From the NCBI RefSeq assembly GCF_009914755.1, contig NC_060934.1: a stretch of 64,000 nt of DNA; one strand, written 5' to 3'. The notes under the pieces are model-generated. The model was given only the letters and a program-made list of their open reading frames with translations. It searched no databases and had not been told where the DNA came from. Below, one piece after another: positions 1 to 51,575 of the stretch; position 1 is the stretch's first letter; each line of letters opens with the position of its first letter. The translations under genes and the position numbers were made by a program. The stretch comes from the human T2T-CHM13v2.0 reference genome, Homo sapiens.

Positions 1-625
1 ATTTACACACCATAAAATTTACTCACAATAAATGTACAGTTAGATCAGTAAATCTATAGATTTGGGCAACCATCAGCACAAGCCAGTTTTAGAACATTTC
101 TATTACCCTGAAAACATTTCTCTTGCCTGTTTGCAGGCAATCTTCCATTCCCACCCCCAGCCCTAGGCAACCACCAATCTGCTTTCTGACTCTACAGATG
201 TGCCTTTTTCTGCACATTCCCTCTTAGTGAAATCATATACTGTGTGGCCTTTATGGTTGGCTTCTTTCACATAGTGTAATGCTTCTGAGGTTCATCCACG
301 TTGTAATGTCCATTGTGGCTTCATCCCTGTCTATTGACAAATAAAGTTCTGTTTCATGGGTGGATCACAAACGTCTACATATCCATTCTTCAGCTGGTGC
401 ACATTTGGGTTGTTTCCAGTCTTGAGCCATTATGAATAATGTTGTTATGAAAATGTGTGTATAAGTTTTTGTGTGAGAATATGTTTTCATTTCTCTTGGG
501 TAGATCCCTAGGATTGGATTTGCTGGGTCACATGATGAGAGTAAGTTATACAAGAAACTGCCAAACTTGTCTATGTAAATTGGTTGCCCACCAGCAGCAT
601 ATGAGGGTTCCACTGCTCCACACAG
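1..625 (-). mobile_element. ancient L1M 3' fragment
   Basis: ccccagccctaggcaaccaccaatctgctttctg, ggttcatccacgttgt and ttgctgggtca motifs. Confidence 0.75.
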
Positions 626-1388
626 TAGGGCTGAGATTGGAGGCAAGTCCAGCCCGACCCCAGAACCCCATTACCCAGCTCTTTGGTGATCCTTTCTAAC
701 ATTGGGATACCCAGCTAAGGAATGAGGATCATAGCTGTGCAGGAATGAGGGCTGTCTGTGAAAACAAGAAGTGCTCCTGCACCAGCCCAGACAAAGACCC
801 CTCACTTATCTCATTTATTTCTTGTCCTCCAAGTGATGCTGGAGCCCCTGGGTTTCCCCACATGCAATCCCTCAAATTTCTGACCCCTGCTATTTATCTT
901 CCATTGAGCCTTAGGTTCCGGTGAGAGTAACAAGGATAGACAAGGGTTCACAGCCCAGGGCTAGGGATGCCCTATACCCTGGTCAGTGACCTTGGAAGGG
1001 CTGATTCAGCTGGAACTCAATATTGAAGCACCTAGGATGTGCCTGTTTACACACAGAAAAAAGATAATGCAGAAGCATGGGGTCCCTGATTAGCTGATCT
1101 GAGCTGGGGTGGGGCTTGGCAATCATTGGATCCAGTGCTTTTCCTGAAACATGAGCATTGAGTTTCCTGCCCACACAACCCTGGGCTTAATTAAGTCCAA
1201 GCAACAAACAGGGTCCTCAGTATGCTTAAAGCATTGACATTGGATGGAAGACAATTCAATGTTTGAGAAATCCCTGCAGACCCTCTGGGAGTGTCTTGAA
1301 TTCTAAGGAGACCATCTTGCCCTACTTCCTTATTTGACAGAAATGGAAAACTGTGGCTCACTGAGGTGGAGTGAAATACCCCAGGTCA

Positions 1389-1952
<564 letters not shown>

Positions 1953-2460
1953 TTATTGTTTTTAACTGCTGCAGAGTATTCTGTGGTAGGAACATACAAT
2001 AGTTCATGTAGTTATTCTCCCAATGATGAACCTTTAGATCATTGCCAATATCTCACTGCTACCAGCAATGCTGCTAAGATAATCTTGACTATACTTTCTT
2101 GCACACACATGCAAATGTTTTGGTTTTAACAGATATGTCAGATGCCCTCCAAATTGACTGTACTAATATGCACTCCCTTTGGTGGGACATGAGGGTACCC
2201 GTTTGTCCAACTCTGGCTAACATTTGTTATCAAAGTTAAAAATACTTGCCAATCTAATCAGTAAAAATAGCATCTCAATGACCTTTTATTTGTATTTCCT
2301 TGATAAATGGTGAGATCGAGCATTTTTTCTTTCTTAGCAATTTTAATTTCCTTGAATAGTATTTTCATATGAATTGCCTATTTGCTATTCATTTGATTTT
2401 TTTCTTATTGCCCATTTATTATGAACACTCATTTGTTTGGACTTTATTATCTTTGTGTCT

Positions 2461-2958
<498 letters not shown>

Positions 2959-3282
2959 TGAAGGTAAACTGTACATATAGACTCTTCTCAAACAAGATAA
3001 GAAATGTTCACTTCCTCCCCCTGTTTTCCTTTTTCCCAAGTCTCCTGTTGATATAATCCAGAATTCTAATTCCAAATTGTTATTTTAAGCATCCATGGCA
3101 ATCAATACTTTAGTCTTAAATAATAGCATTGGCTGATTACTTAGGGAAGTGTTACTTTTTTCGCACTCCTTCTTCCTCTGGTTTCATGTCATTTCTTGCA
3201 GGAGGGCTTCTTAAGTAGTTGTTTTCAACAGAATCTGTTGGTGGTAAACTTTCTTAAATCTTGAATGTTCAAAAATGCCTTT

Positions 3283-3602
<320 letters not shown>

Positions 3603-5298
3603 TTAAGTGATTCTGTAGCTGGGTTATAGAATTCAGCATCAATTAGTTATTTTCCAAAGCTCATTGAAGACATGGCTTCATTGGCCTGTATCTAGTGTTG
3701 CTAATGAAATTAATGAGGAAAATCTGATCCTTATTTCTTTGAATTTAAACTATTTTTTTTTTTTTTTTTTTTTTTTGCTTTGGTAGCTTTTAACATTTTT
3801 TTCTCTATTTTCATAGCTTTCTTCACTTTTGGGGAATTTTTAGCTATTAATTAAATACTACTTTCTCCCATTCTCTCTCTGCCTTTGGAATTCCTACTAG
3901 ACGAAAGCTTGAATGCGGTCACCCAGACTTTCTGGCTCTTAACCTTTTCACCTTTTTCTCTTTGTTCTTTAACCTGCAAGACTCCCTCAACTGAATGCTC
4001 CATTTTGCTAATGGACCCTTCAGTGTGTCTCTGCTGTTACTCAGCCTATCTTTTGAGGTTTTTCTTTCAATAACTTGGGCTTTAATTTTTGAGATCTCTA
4101 ATTGGTTCTTTTTCATAATTGCTTGGTTTTATTTTCCCCTGTTTTGCTGAAGGTATTAAATGTACTTGCTTTAATTGACCTTTGGTTGTAGAGAAGATTT
4201 TTCATTTGCTCTATTTGTTATTTCTCTTTCATAGCAGTGGGCTTCCTCAGACATCTGGCACTTCTTCAATGCACACTAGATTTCTGGTTTCCAATTCTCC
4301 ACCTGAGTCTCAGGATTCTGCAGCATTCCCAGGTGGGTGCAGACTCAGGTTACCTGGGCCTTGGCTTCTCCCATGGCTTCTTAAGAACTTCCTTGTTTAT
4401 TTCTGTGATCCCAAGCACTCCCCTTTATGACTTCAAGCCCAATTGTATAGTCAGTAATTTAATTTCTCTATCTGTTCTATCATTTATAAGGGCACAGCAT
4501 GGAGGGGAGGGCCTTTCAGATATTTTTCTTGCCCCATCTTAAATCCCTAAATTACACTTAAAAAAATACCACCAAAGCTTTTGTCTTTTATTTAGGAAGA
4601 ATAGAGTACTCAGACATGAGTTTGGAGTAGGCGGGTGTATGTGTGTATGTGTGCCTATGCAGTTTAAACCTGTTCTGTAATGTATTGCAATAAATGTTTC
4701 AGTGTCGGTACAGTGAACAATTCAACTTCATAATAGGCCAATCTGGAATCTCCCAGAAAAATTTACTTTGGGTGTTAGTGCTTTTTTTTTTTTTAATCAT
4801 TAATATCTATAGGAAGACCTAGTAGGAGTGGCTGACAAAGTTTAATAAATCTCATGATAAAATGCTTGTTTTTGATGTGAATGTTGTTCCTCAGTCCATC
4901 CTAAAATGAAATTCACAGGGTTGGGTTCGATGTCTTCTTCCACACCTCTCATTACAATCTGCCATAGGAGTGCAGACCGCCCCCATCTGAGGCCTGGATT
5001 TAATGCTCAAACAAGACAGATGCCAGCAGGAAATATTTGCCCTGCCTTCGCTGTAAATCTTGAGTCCTTGTCCATGATATCCTAAAAGGCCACCAGATGG
5101 AAATGTGATGCCGTGAAAAGAGATGCACTACCCTTTGCAAAGGGGGATTGACCCTGCTGCTCTCTCAAAAGAAATTGTCCTTATTCAATGTAAAACAAGG
5201 TTTTAGAAATTTTTCTTTGTTGAATGTAGAATAAAGAGGGCATTACATGAATGCCTATGCATTTCAGCTTTGGAGAGGAATCCTTACATCCATTCTGA

Positions 5299-7644
<2,346 letters not shown>

Positions 7645-7700
7645 CATTTTCATCATTCCTAATAGCCATGGAGCATTCCATTTAATCAACTGTATATGCA

Positions 7701-8286
7701 TTTTTTTTTCCGGGGGCAAGGGGCTCATATTCACACACATGGGAGGCCAGTTGGTGAGAAGGTGGCAGGCGGCATAGCCACCTTATACAGCATGCCATAC
7801 TGGTCCACTGTCAGACCGGTGATGGCCACAGCTCCATCACCCCCCATGCTGACTCTGGCTCCTGCCTGGCTCTGCCCAGCCACCACAACCCCTCGGGACC
7901 ATTCAGAGGCATCACTGGAGGGTGTGTGGTTAGTGGAGCAGCTGGTCATGGGGAGGTCTCGTTTCTTTGGTGGAAGGCATTCCTGACTCCTCTCATGAAC
8001 AGGTTTCATATTGCTTTGTGGTGTTCCTGGAGCCTGGAAGGAGTTGGCTTGCTCCCTGGGGCATCAGGAGGGGCTTCTCGGTAGCTTCCCTGTACCCCTC
8101 ACTGCTTCTGGCTGGGGCGCCCACATCTGAGCTTCCAGTGGTGCTTCTGAACAGCTGTAGTAAGCGTCCTCCCGGCTGGCTCGGGAGCCAGCCCGTTTCA
8201 CAGCGCTTCCTGGGATCCACCCGCTCATCCTGCAGCCGCCGCAACTGCAGCCGCCGTCATCCCGGCCCTGGAGCCCCCACACACCC
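7701..8286 (-). pseudogene. ATXN1L: ATXN1L processed retrocopy fragment (5'UTR + N-terminal coding region), 3'-truncated
   Basis: ORF 7731..8009 MKPVHERSQECLPPKKRDLP..SCSTNHTPSSDASEWSRGVVVAGQSQAGARVS matches the ATXN1L N-terminus. A9 tail at 7701-7709. Near-perfect TSD ctgt(a/g)tatgca at 7690-7700 and 8287-8297. Confidence 0.88.
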
Positions 8287-9079
8287 CTGTGTATGCAATA
8301 TTTGTTAACCATTCCCTTTTGGTGCCCATCTAGGTACAGGTCTCATTTTTCAAGCTAAAGTATCTGTAATACACTGGAAGTAATAGATGTCACCTCCATA
8401 TTGTATGCCAAACCTAATAAGCAGAGCAAAACTTTTCATCCAAGTGATTTGGTTAACATTTTAGGATGTTTCTAATCTCTCAGTAATACAAATATGCTAC
8501 AATAGATCTGTGTGCTTATCCTTTGGGCACTTGTGTGTACCTGTGCATACCTGGAGAATAAAGTCCTGTGAGAGAAACTGCCATCCAAAGAGGGTGTTTC
8601 AGTCTGTACTGCCACCAACAATGTGCTCGTGCCTCTGAGCTTGCGTTTGGGTCAGGAGAATTTGAAAGTCATCAGGAACCAAACCAGGATATAAGGTTCA
8701 GCTGCAGCTGGAAAGTGGCAAACGTTCCAAAGCTAAGACATTGGCTATTCCTGGGCTGTTCACAAACTGTGAGGCCAATTCTAGATGAGATCCAGAAAAA
8801 GGGTGAGCAGCTCACTTATTTTTTAAGCAAAACACCTTTTCTTCTCATTTCTGCTAAGAACAAATAGCTTCCAGCAAGATAAATAGGGGATGCAATATTT
8901 TTACAAATTATTTCTTTTTTTATTAAAAAAAATTTTAGGTTAAATGCGACTTAAGATATGTTTAACCTCTATGATACTGACTTGCTCATGAGAAGAAAGA
9001 GAGAGGGCCAGGCATTCTTGCCCACTACTACCCACTATCAACACTTAGGCCTGACATCAGTCTCTAAATAAATATTCTG

Positions 9080-10327
<1,248 letters not shown>

Positions 10328-10489
10328 TCAAGGTGATGGACACCCTAAACACCCTGATTGATCACCACACATTCTGTGCATGTAATAAATACTCAAATGT
10401 ACTCCATAAATATGTAAACTATTTTATATCAATAAGGAAATACTTTGCCTAGCGTTTCCATCCAAATGGGAATAAATCCAGGGCTCTAC

Positions 10490-12331
<1,842 letters not shown>

Positions 12332-12348
12332 CTGAACAGAGGAGACAA

Positions 12349-12575
12349 GTCCAGGGTGAGGGCTCAGAGCAGGCCCGCTGCCCCCGAGTCCAGGATGAGG
12401 GCTCAGAGCAGGCCCACTGCCCCCACAGCCCAGGGTGAGGGCTCAGAGCAGGCCCACTGCCCTCCTGAGTCCAGGGTGAGGGCTCAGAGCAAGCCCAATG
12501 CCCTCCCAGTCCAGGGAGAGGGCTCAGAGCAGGCTCATGTCCCCTGAGTCCAGGGTGAGGGCTCAGTGCTGACCC
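12349..12575. repeat. minisatellite, about 5.7 copies of a 39-41-bp unit gtccagggtgagggctcagagcaggcccactgccccc
   Basis: Units start at 12349, 12388, 12428, 12469, 12509 and 12548. Confidence 0.92.
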
Positions 12576-13092
12576 ATTTATCCTCACAATGGACCTATAC
12601 GTCCCTGGACATCCAAGGTGGGGCTCCGGGATGCCACCCCCAGCCAGGACAGACTGGCTCATTAGAAGGAACTTCCCCCACAGCTGCCTTCATTTGGAGA
12701 TGCCGGGACACTGGCTGATGGGAGACAAGCTCAGTGAGCCCCATGAGGGCATGGGCCCCTGAAGCCCCTTGGCCCTGCCCAGCCTGGAATGTCAATGATC
12801 AGACTGTCTTGCCAGCTGAGACCTGGAGACCAGGCTAGGCCTCTGTGCCAGATTACATCCCTCTCAGGATGTGCTGGCGCCTGCCTCAGGTTAATTTCCA
12901 AAGCCTCATCCAGTAAAACCATGTCTCTCAAAGCAATTCCTCCAACAAGAGGGAATTCTCTGCCTACTTCAGAGTTTTTTAAAGTGTGGGTGGTAGTGTG
13001 CTAGAACTGAAAGATTTTGGAGTCAGAAGAAATGGTTCTTATTCTAACTCTCCCTTCCACCTCTTGGTTCCCTCATCTTTAGAATGGGAATC

Positions 13093-13435
13093 TGTTGGGA
13101 TGATCAGAGCCAACACCAGGTCGTGGGGGCAACAAAGTCCCGCGGAGTCAAAAGAATGAGAAAAAGTTCAAGAGAGAAAGTGGGACCAGGGGGCCATTGC
13201 CAGTGTGGAGGCTGCAAAGGCACTGAGCTCTGGGAGCCCATGCTATTTATTGGTGATCTAACAAAGAAACAGGTGGTGAGGATGTGGAGGTTGAAAGGAA
13301 ACAGTGTAGCAAGTGAATGAGAAATATATGGCTACTTGAGATAATGGGAATGCTGGAATCAAGAAGCCAGCAAGTCTAGCAGACATGCAAGCCCTGCCTC
13401 AGCTTCTCTACCAACACTCAGCTTTTCTCCCAACA
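13093..13435 (-). mobile_element. HERV-K-class solo LTR (LTR14A-like), inserted in a MIR
   Basis: TGTTGGG...CCCAACA inverted termini; perfect 6-bp TSD GGAATC at 13087-13092 and 13436-13441; internal AATAAA; subfamily from recall. Confidence 0.8.
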
Positions 13436-14174
13436 GGAATCATAGAAAACTCAGAGGCTAGTGAAAGGTTAAAGCAGGTGGTTATCACCAGCTGCAGAGT
13501 CAAAAACAAAATACACATCTGCTGCCATGTAGAAAGAGGACACAAACTTAGGCAAGGCTGTTTTTCACATGATGACCCATGAGTGGGGCCTGGCTGGGCC
13601 TCCCCACACACAGCTGCTGACCTCTGCATACAAAACATGCTTCGGCCCAGAAGCACGCCAGCATTCACCCACCTGTGGGTATCAGTCAGGCTCCTGGTGG
13701 AAGCCAGAGGACATATTCGAATGGGTACTTGAGGAAAAGGGGCTGTTCACAGAAGTGTGGACAGAGTTAAGGGAACCAATGAGAGATGAGAAATGCCCTG
13801 GACCAGCAAGAGTGGGAGCTGTTATCTCCCTGGGTCTAGAGGGACAGGAAAGGTGTCCACAGACCCCGAAGAGAGCTGTGGCTGTAGGGGAGGATCATCA
13901 GGAGCTGCAGCCATCACTAGAAAGATGTGGCCACTGGCAAACCAGCAAGGAAGAATCTGAGTGAATAACCACCTCTCCTCTCTCTCCCACCTCCTATGAC
14001 ATCCCCCACTGTCTGAATTCCACTAGGGCCAGACAGTGAGGAACCTTGGTGATGCAGTCCAAGAGGGAGTGGGCAGAGAGGAGCCAGTGGGTATGGAGGG
14101 GAAACAGAGAAACAGAGAATTCCAGCTCACTCTGCGGGATTTCTGGGTCTGATAGAAACATAGCAGCAGCTTAA

Positions 14175-14470
14175 TTATTATTATTTTGAGATGGAGTTTC
14201 ACTCTTTTTACCCAGGCTGAAGTGCAGTAGCGTGATCTTGGCTCACTGCAACCTCTGCCTCCTGGGTTGAAGAGATCCTCCTGCCTCAGCTTCCCGAGTA
14301 GCTGGGATTACAGGGACATGCCACCACACATTGCTAATTTTTTTATTTTGGGTAGAGATCAGGTTTCAACATGTTGGCCAGACTGGTCTCGAACTCCTGA
14401 CCTCAGGTAATCCGCCCGCCTGGGCCTCCTAAAGGGCTGGGATTACAGGCATGAGCCACTGTGTCCAGCC
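14175..14470 (-). mobile_element. Alu
   Basis: antisense Alu consensus. Confidence 0.85.
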
Positions 14471-15910
14471 TGCAGCAGCTCAATTTTACAGTGTCCCTTT
14501 TCTCCTTCTGGAAACTATATAGAGCAACAACAAGACTGAGGAGGAGGAGGAGGAGAAGGAGGAAGAAAAAGCCCATCATCAACATACACATCAAACTCAA
14601 CTTCAGAGAAATTAGGAAGCTGGGAAGCCACGTAAACCCAAAAGCAGGTGACACCAGCAGAACCAACACAGGAAGCCAGGGAAGTGCAGAAGAACAGGGC
14701 ATGGGGGGCCACCCGGGGGGAATCTTCACTGTTGCCAGCAACACACACTCCCAGCAAGAGAGGACCCTCAGAGTGAGAACGCAGAGCTGGAGAAGTGAAG
14801 AAAAAAGGAACAGGTGGTGTGCGGGGAAGTCCAGGGGTGCGGGATCTGACAGCGTCCCTTCCCAAGAGAGGCAGGAACACTTGGGAAGGCAGGGCTGAGT
14901 CCCTGGAGGCTGTATCCGGGAAAGGAAGCTGGCAGTAGAACCTTCCTGAAGCCGAGTTGGTTCTGAGAGGCAGAGGGGCAGTGGTACAGGTGAGGCCGAC
15001 GCTTCTGTGCAGGAAGGGCAGGCTCCTGAGGAAGGGAGCCCCGAATGCTCTCCACTAGATTCCCAGGGAGTCCCACTCCCTCCACAGGGACCTTGCGCTG
15101 ACATCTGGGAAATGCCATTCATACTGGAACCTCCGACACACTGCCATGAATGTGAGGGTTTCGTGACTGATGGGGTAGGTTTCTCTTTTCCAATTCAATA
15201 GTATAATTTCCATTTATTCCTCCCCCAGCCTCCCTGAACATTCACATCTTAGATAGCCACAGTACGGTGATCAGAACCAGGAAATCCACATTCTCATATT
15301 TAACTATATTAAAATTATTTCACAAAATAACCAATTTTGTTAATTTAAATACATTTAAATGACGTTTAAATGTATTTAAATTATTTAACTATTTAAAAAT
15401 GAACATATTAGCTAAACTAAAGACCTTATTGGAGTTTTGCCACTTTTTCCACTAATGTCCTTTTTCTGTTCCCAAATTCCACCCAGGATCACGCTGCATT
15501 TAGTTATTTCTCAGTCTCTCGCCGTTTTGTAGGACTGCAATAACAGTTCCTCAATCTTTCCTTATCTTTCATAACCCTGACATCTTGAACCAGTACTGAT
15601 CACTATTTGTCAAATGTTCCTCGATTTGGGTGTGTCTGATGTATTTCCATGATTGGACTGAAGTTACACACTTTTGGCAATTACAGCACAAAAATGATGT
15701 GGAATCCTTCCCAGTGCATTCCTTCAGAGTTATGGCATTGATAGTTCTTCTTACTGATGATGTTGAACTTGTTCATTTGGTTCAGGTTTCTGCTGGGTTT
15801 CTCCATTGTAAAGTTACTATCTTTCCCCCTCATAGGGGGAAAGATCTTAGGAGAAATACTTGGAGACTATGAAAGTTTTGTATTTTCTCAAACTTTAAAA
15901 TTTTTTTTCA

Positions 15911-17485
<1,575 letters not shown>

Positions 17486-17591
17486 TGTCCTGTGCTGAGC
17501 AGGTCTATATAAACCTATCTGCAAAGGCCAAGGAACCTGAGATACCAAAGAAAGAGGCTGACAAATCCAGTTTCTCAGAAAGAAACATTTA

Positions 17592-20670
<3,079 letters not shown>

Positions 20671-20689
20671 TCAATGCATATTTATGAAC

Positions 20690-20695
20690 TTTATT
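20690..20695 (-). terminator. polyadenylation signal AATAAA of the AGAP gene
   Basis: tttatt on the + strand, about 290 nt 3' of the stop codon. Confidence 0.7.
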
Positions 20696-20983
20696 TCAAA
20701 TATATTTTCACACATTTTATCTAAATACATAATACAGAAGCCTGTGTGACTTGGGCAATGTGGCCAGGAGGGCCTGAGACTAACAAATCCACCTTGGCAA
20801 AAGGACATAAAATACGTCTTATGGTCAGAAAAATCAACATTTTGTGTATTTACTTAGTTTACGAAAAGTACTGAAAATGCTATTATTAGCTGAATTTGTG
20901 ATTTCCTTTTGAAATTCTGAGTTATCCTTATTTTTCCCATTTTGTTTTTGCACCAAGGAGACTGCAGTCAAATAAAACAGATA

Positions 20984-42700
<21,717 letters not shown>

Positions 42701-43753
42701 TGAGAGACACAACAACTGCCTGAAGAGAGAACAGACGGAGCTCCTCCTCCTTCTGTAGTCACCTACAGACTGAAGCCCACTGGCCCCAGGTGGGAGCCCA
42801 GGCATGTGGCACACAATGCCCCACCCCACACTTCACAATGCCCTCCCCGACACCTCACAGTGCCCCACCCTGCCTGCCACCCCTCCCCAACAGCTCAGAA
42901 TGCCCCTGCCTTGGCTGCCCCACCCTGTGGCTTATGATGCTGCTGCTCTCCTGGCCCCTCGTGCAGTGCCATTGGGACTAAGGTTTTCATTCATCACCAG
43001 CTTCCTGAGATTTTAGTCCTAAGAAAAGCAAAGGGTAGTTCATTACTTGAAGCCATCTTCCTCTATGAGTTCTATACAAAGCCTCAGTAGAGTGGGTCCA
43101 ATTAGCAACCAAGTTGAACAACTTTTATTTGCTGACTAAATATAGATACACCTGAATTGTTGACTGCTTTTGTAACTAAACACTCCTCTCCTGTCTTCCA
43201 ACGAGTGGTCATTTTTGTCCGCAACTTGACCACAGCAATCCCTGGGGCCCTAGCTCTACTCTCAATAAAGAGTTATGGCTGTGTGTTTTGAATGACACCT
43301 TAGGACCCATCCTGCCTCCACCTCCTTCTCCATAAAATAGAAACCTAACTTGCCCCTCCAAGCTCTGAAATGCTGAAACTTACCAACTCCCTTTTCTCCC
43401 CGCTATTTCTTCCTTCCGTGGCAGGGACTTTCAGGTTTTCTTTCTTTTACTAACAAGGCACTAAGCATGATTTTCTCATACAAAATCGAGAGCCATAAAG
43501 TGGCTTACCACAGTCCTATTTCAATAAAGATGAATACTCGACATCTGGCAAGTAGTGTGTGCCTGACAGTGTCCCCACTGTGCTATGCTCATTTAACCCT
43601 CAGAAACAATCTCATGTTACAGATTTTGCAGAAGTTGTTGAGACGGAGAAGGTAAGCAACCTCCCCAAGGTCACATGACTGCTAAGGGTGGGGCCATAGT
43701 TTGATCCCAGCTAGTCTGAATTCCCCAGTTGCTTAAGCATGATTATCAGAAAG

Positions 43754-44476
43754 TATAGCAGTCTGTTTTCACACTGATATAAAGAAATACCTCAGGTTGG
43801 GTAATTTTTAAAGGAAAGAGGTTTAACTGACTCAGTTTCACATGGCTGGGGAGGCCTCAGGAAACTTAGAATCATGGCAGAGGGGGAAGTCCTTCAGGAA
43901 ACTTACAATCATGGCAGAAGGGCAGGTCCGACTTCCATGGTGGCTGCACAGAGAGTGGGAACATGTGAAGGAGCAACTGTCAAACATGTATAAAACCATC
44001 AGATCTCAGCTGGGCACGGTGGCTCACACTTGTAACCCTAGTACTTTGGGAGGCCAAGGCAGGTGGATCAACTGAGGTCAGGAGTTTGAGACCAGCCTAG
44101 CTAATGTAGTGAAATCCTGTCTCTACTAAAAATACAAAAATTAGCTGGGTGTGGTTGTGCATGCCTGTAATCCCAGCTACTCAGGAGGCTGAGGCAGGAG
44201 AATCACTGGAACTCAAGAGGCAGAGACTGCAGTGAGCCAAGATCGTGCCATGGCACTCCTGCCTGGACAACAGAGCAAGACTCCATCCCAAAAAACAAAA
44301 CAAAACAAAACCCTATAAGATCTCATGAGGACTTACTGAATATCACAAGAACAGCATGAGGATAACTGCCCCCGTGATCCAATCACCTCCCCCTAGGCCC
44401 CTCCCTCGACACATCAGGATTATGGGGATTATAATTCATGATGAGATTTGGGTGGGGGCATGGCAAAACCATATCA
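43754..44476 (+). mobile_element. MaLR LTR (THE1/MST-like) interrupted by an Alu (about 44007-44310)
   Basis: Typical motifs aggaaacttacaatcatggcagaagg and gagatttgggtggg..aaccatatca; 5-bp TSD GAAAG at 43749-43753 and 44477-44481. Confidence 0.8.
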
Positions 44477-44520
44477 GAAAGTAAAGGTAGAAGTCAAGCT
44501 TGGATGGGAAATGACATTGT

Positions 44521-44544
44521 AGATGATGATGATGATGATTATTA

Positions 44545-44563
<19 letters not shown>
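44521..44563. repeat. (GAT)n(ATT)n compound microsatellite
   Basis: direct reading. Confidence 0.9.
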
Positions 44564-50590
<6,027 letters not shown>

Positions 50591-51371
50591 AGATATTTTT
50601 TAAAGGATCTTCTCTGTTAAAAATAATCAAATAAACAGGTGGCCATGAGGCTGAGGTGGCTGCAGTGCACTCAATTCCTCCTTAAATAACCCAAAACTTG
50701 ACTCAGTGTAAATAATAAAGGGAAACTTAAGTTTAACCAGTCAGAAACCACCAACTAACATCTAACTAGAGACCTTCCACTGTAATGTTCCAAATGAGGC
50801 CACTGCTCCACTTCACCCAATCAAGTATTTTCTTTTTCTTCCACATTCACCATATAAAATTCTTCCCCCACCCTCCCTAAGCCTCTCTGTGGGACCTCTG
50901 AGCTGCTTGCAGTCTGGGGCTGCCTAGTTTATACATTTCTGAATGCTCAAATATATTTTCTAATGTTTCAAAGTGGCTCTGGTGTAGGAGGTTGTTGGTG
51001 GAGTGACCCGAGAGTATACAGGAATTGAGGCCATATGAGATCTCTGGACCCTGTACTCCATTTTGCTGTACACTCAATACTACTCTAAAATAATAATATA
51101 TCTTTAAAAATCTATAACTATCACGTAGCCCTTTTCAAGTCTCCAACTGGTTGGAGCCAGTTCGATTAAAGCTCAGAAAAAACTGGTTAATAAGCTAGTT
51201 CTGACCCAACTGGCAAGAAGCGGCAGGAAAGACCCAGGCCAGGGGAGCATATTGCACATGCATGCACCAGGAAACTGGAGGAAGCTTGGAGGCCCTTTAG
51301 CCTGGTCCTGAGCCCGCTGAAACTGCAGTTACAGGCACAGATGCCTGGGGCACCAATCTGAATCTGCCAAC

Positions 51372-51487
51372 ATCCAAGGCCACATGAACACAAATGCACA
51401 GTCTCCTCTGCGATCGGTAGCTAAGGATGTTAGGCCATGATTGGACTAGGATGGGAGATGAACTGAGAACTCTGGATTCTGTAGGTT
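51372..51487 (+). pseudogene. degenerate 5S rRNA pseudogene (RNA5SP type)
   Basis: Colinear with 5S rRNA: atccaaggcca ~ GTCTACGGCCA; tcggtagctaag ~ TCGGAAGCTAAG (box A); ggatgggaga (box C); ctgtaggtt ~ CTGTAGGCTT. Confidence 0.75.
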
Positions 51488-51524
51488 GTTGTTGTCTCTT
51501 CCCACCCCCAAGCAACAAGTGATG

Positions 51525-51525
<1 letters not shown>

Positions 51526-51573
<48 letters not shown>
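51526..51573. repeat. (CA)n microsatellite
   Basis: direct reading. Confidence 0.95.

Positions 51574-51575
<2 letters not shown>

Noticed and set aside
12349-12575. Regularly spaced repeats superficially like a CRISPR array
   Set aside because: Eukaryotic minisatellite with no unique spacers and no cas genes.
14403-15122. 239-aa minus-strand ORF and overlapping 145-aa ORF
   Set aside because: Low-complexity (GAG)n plus Alu sequence; no recognisable homology; not FAM25 exon 1.
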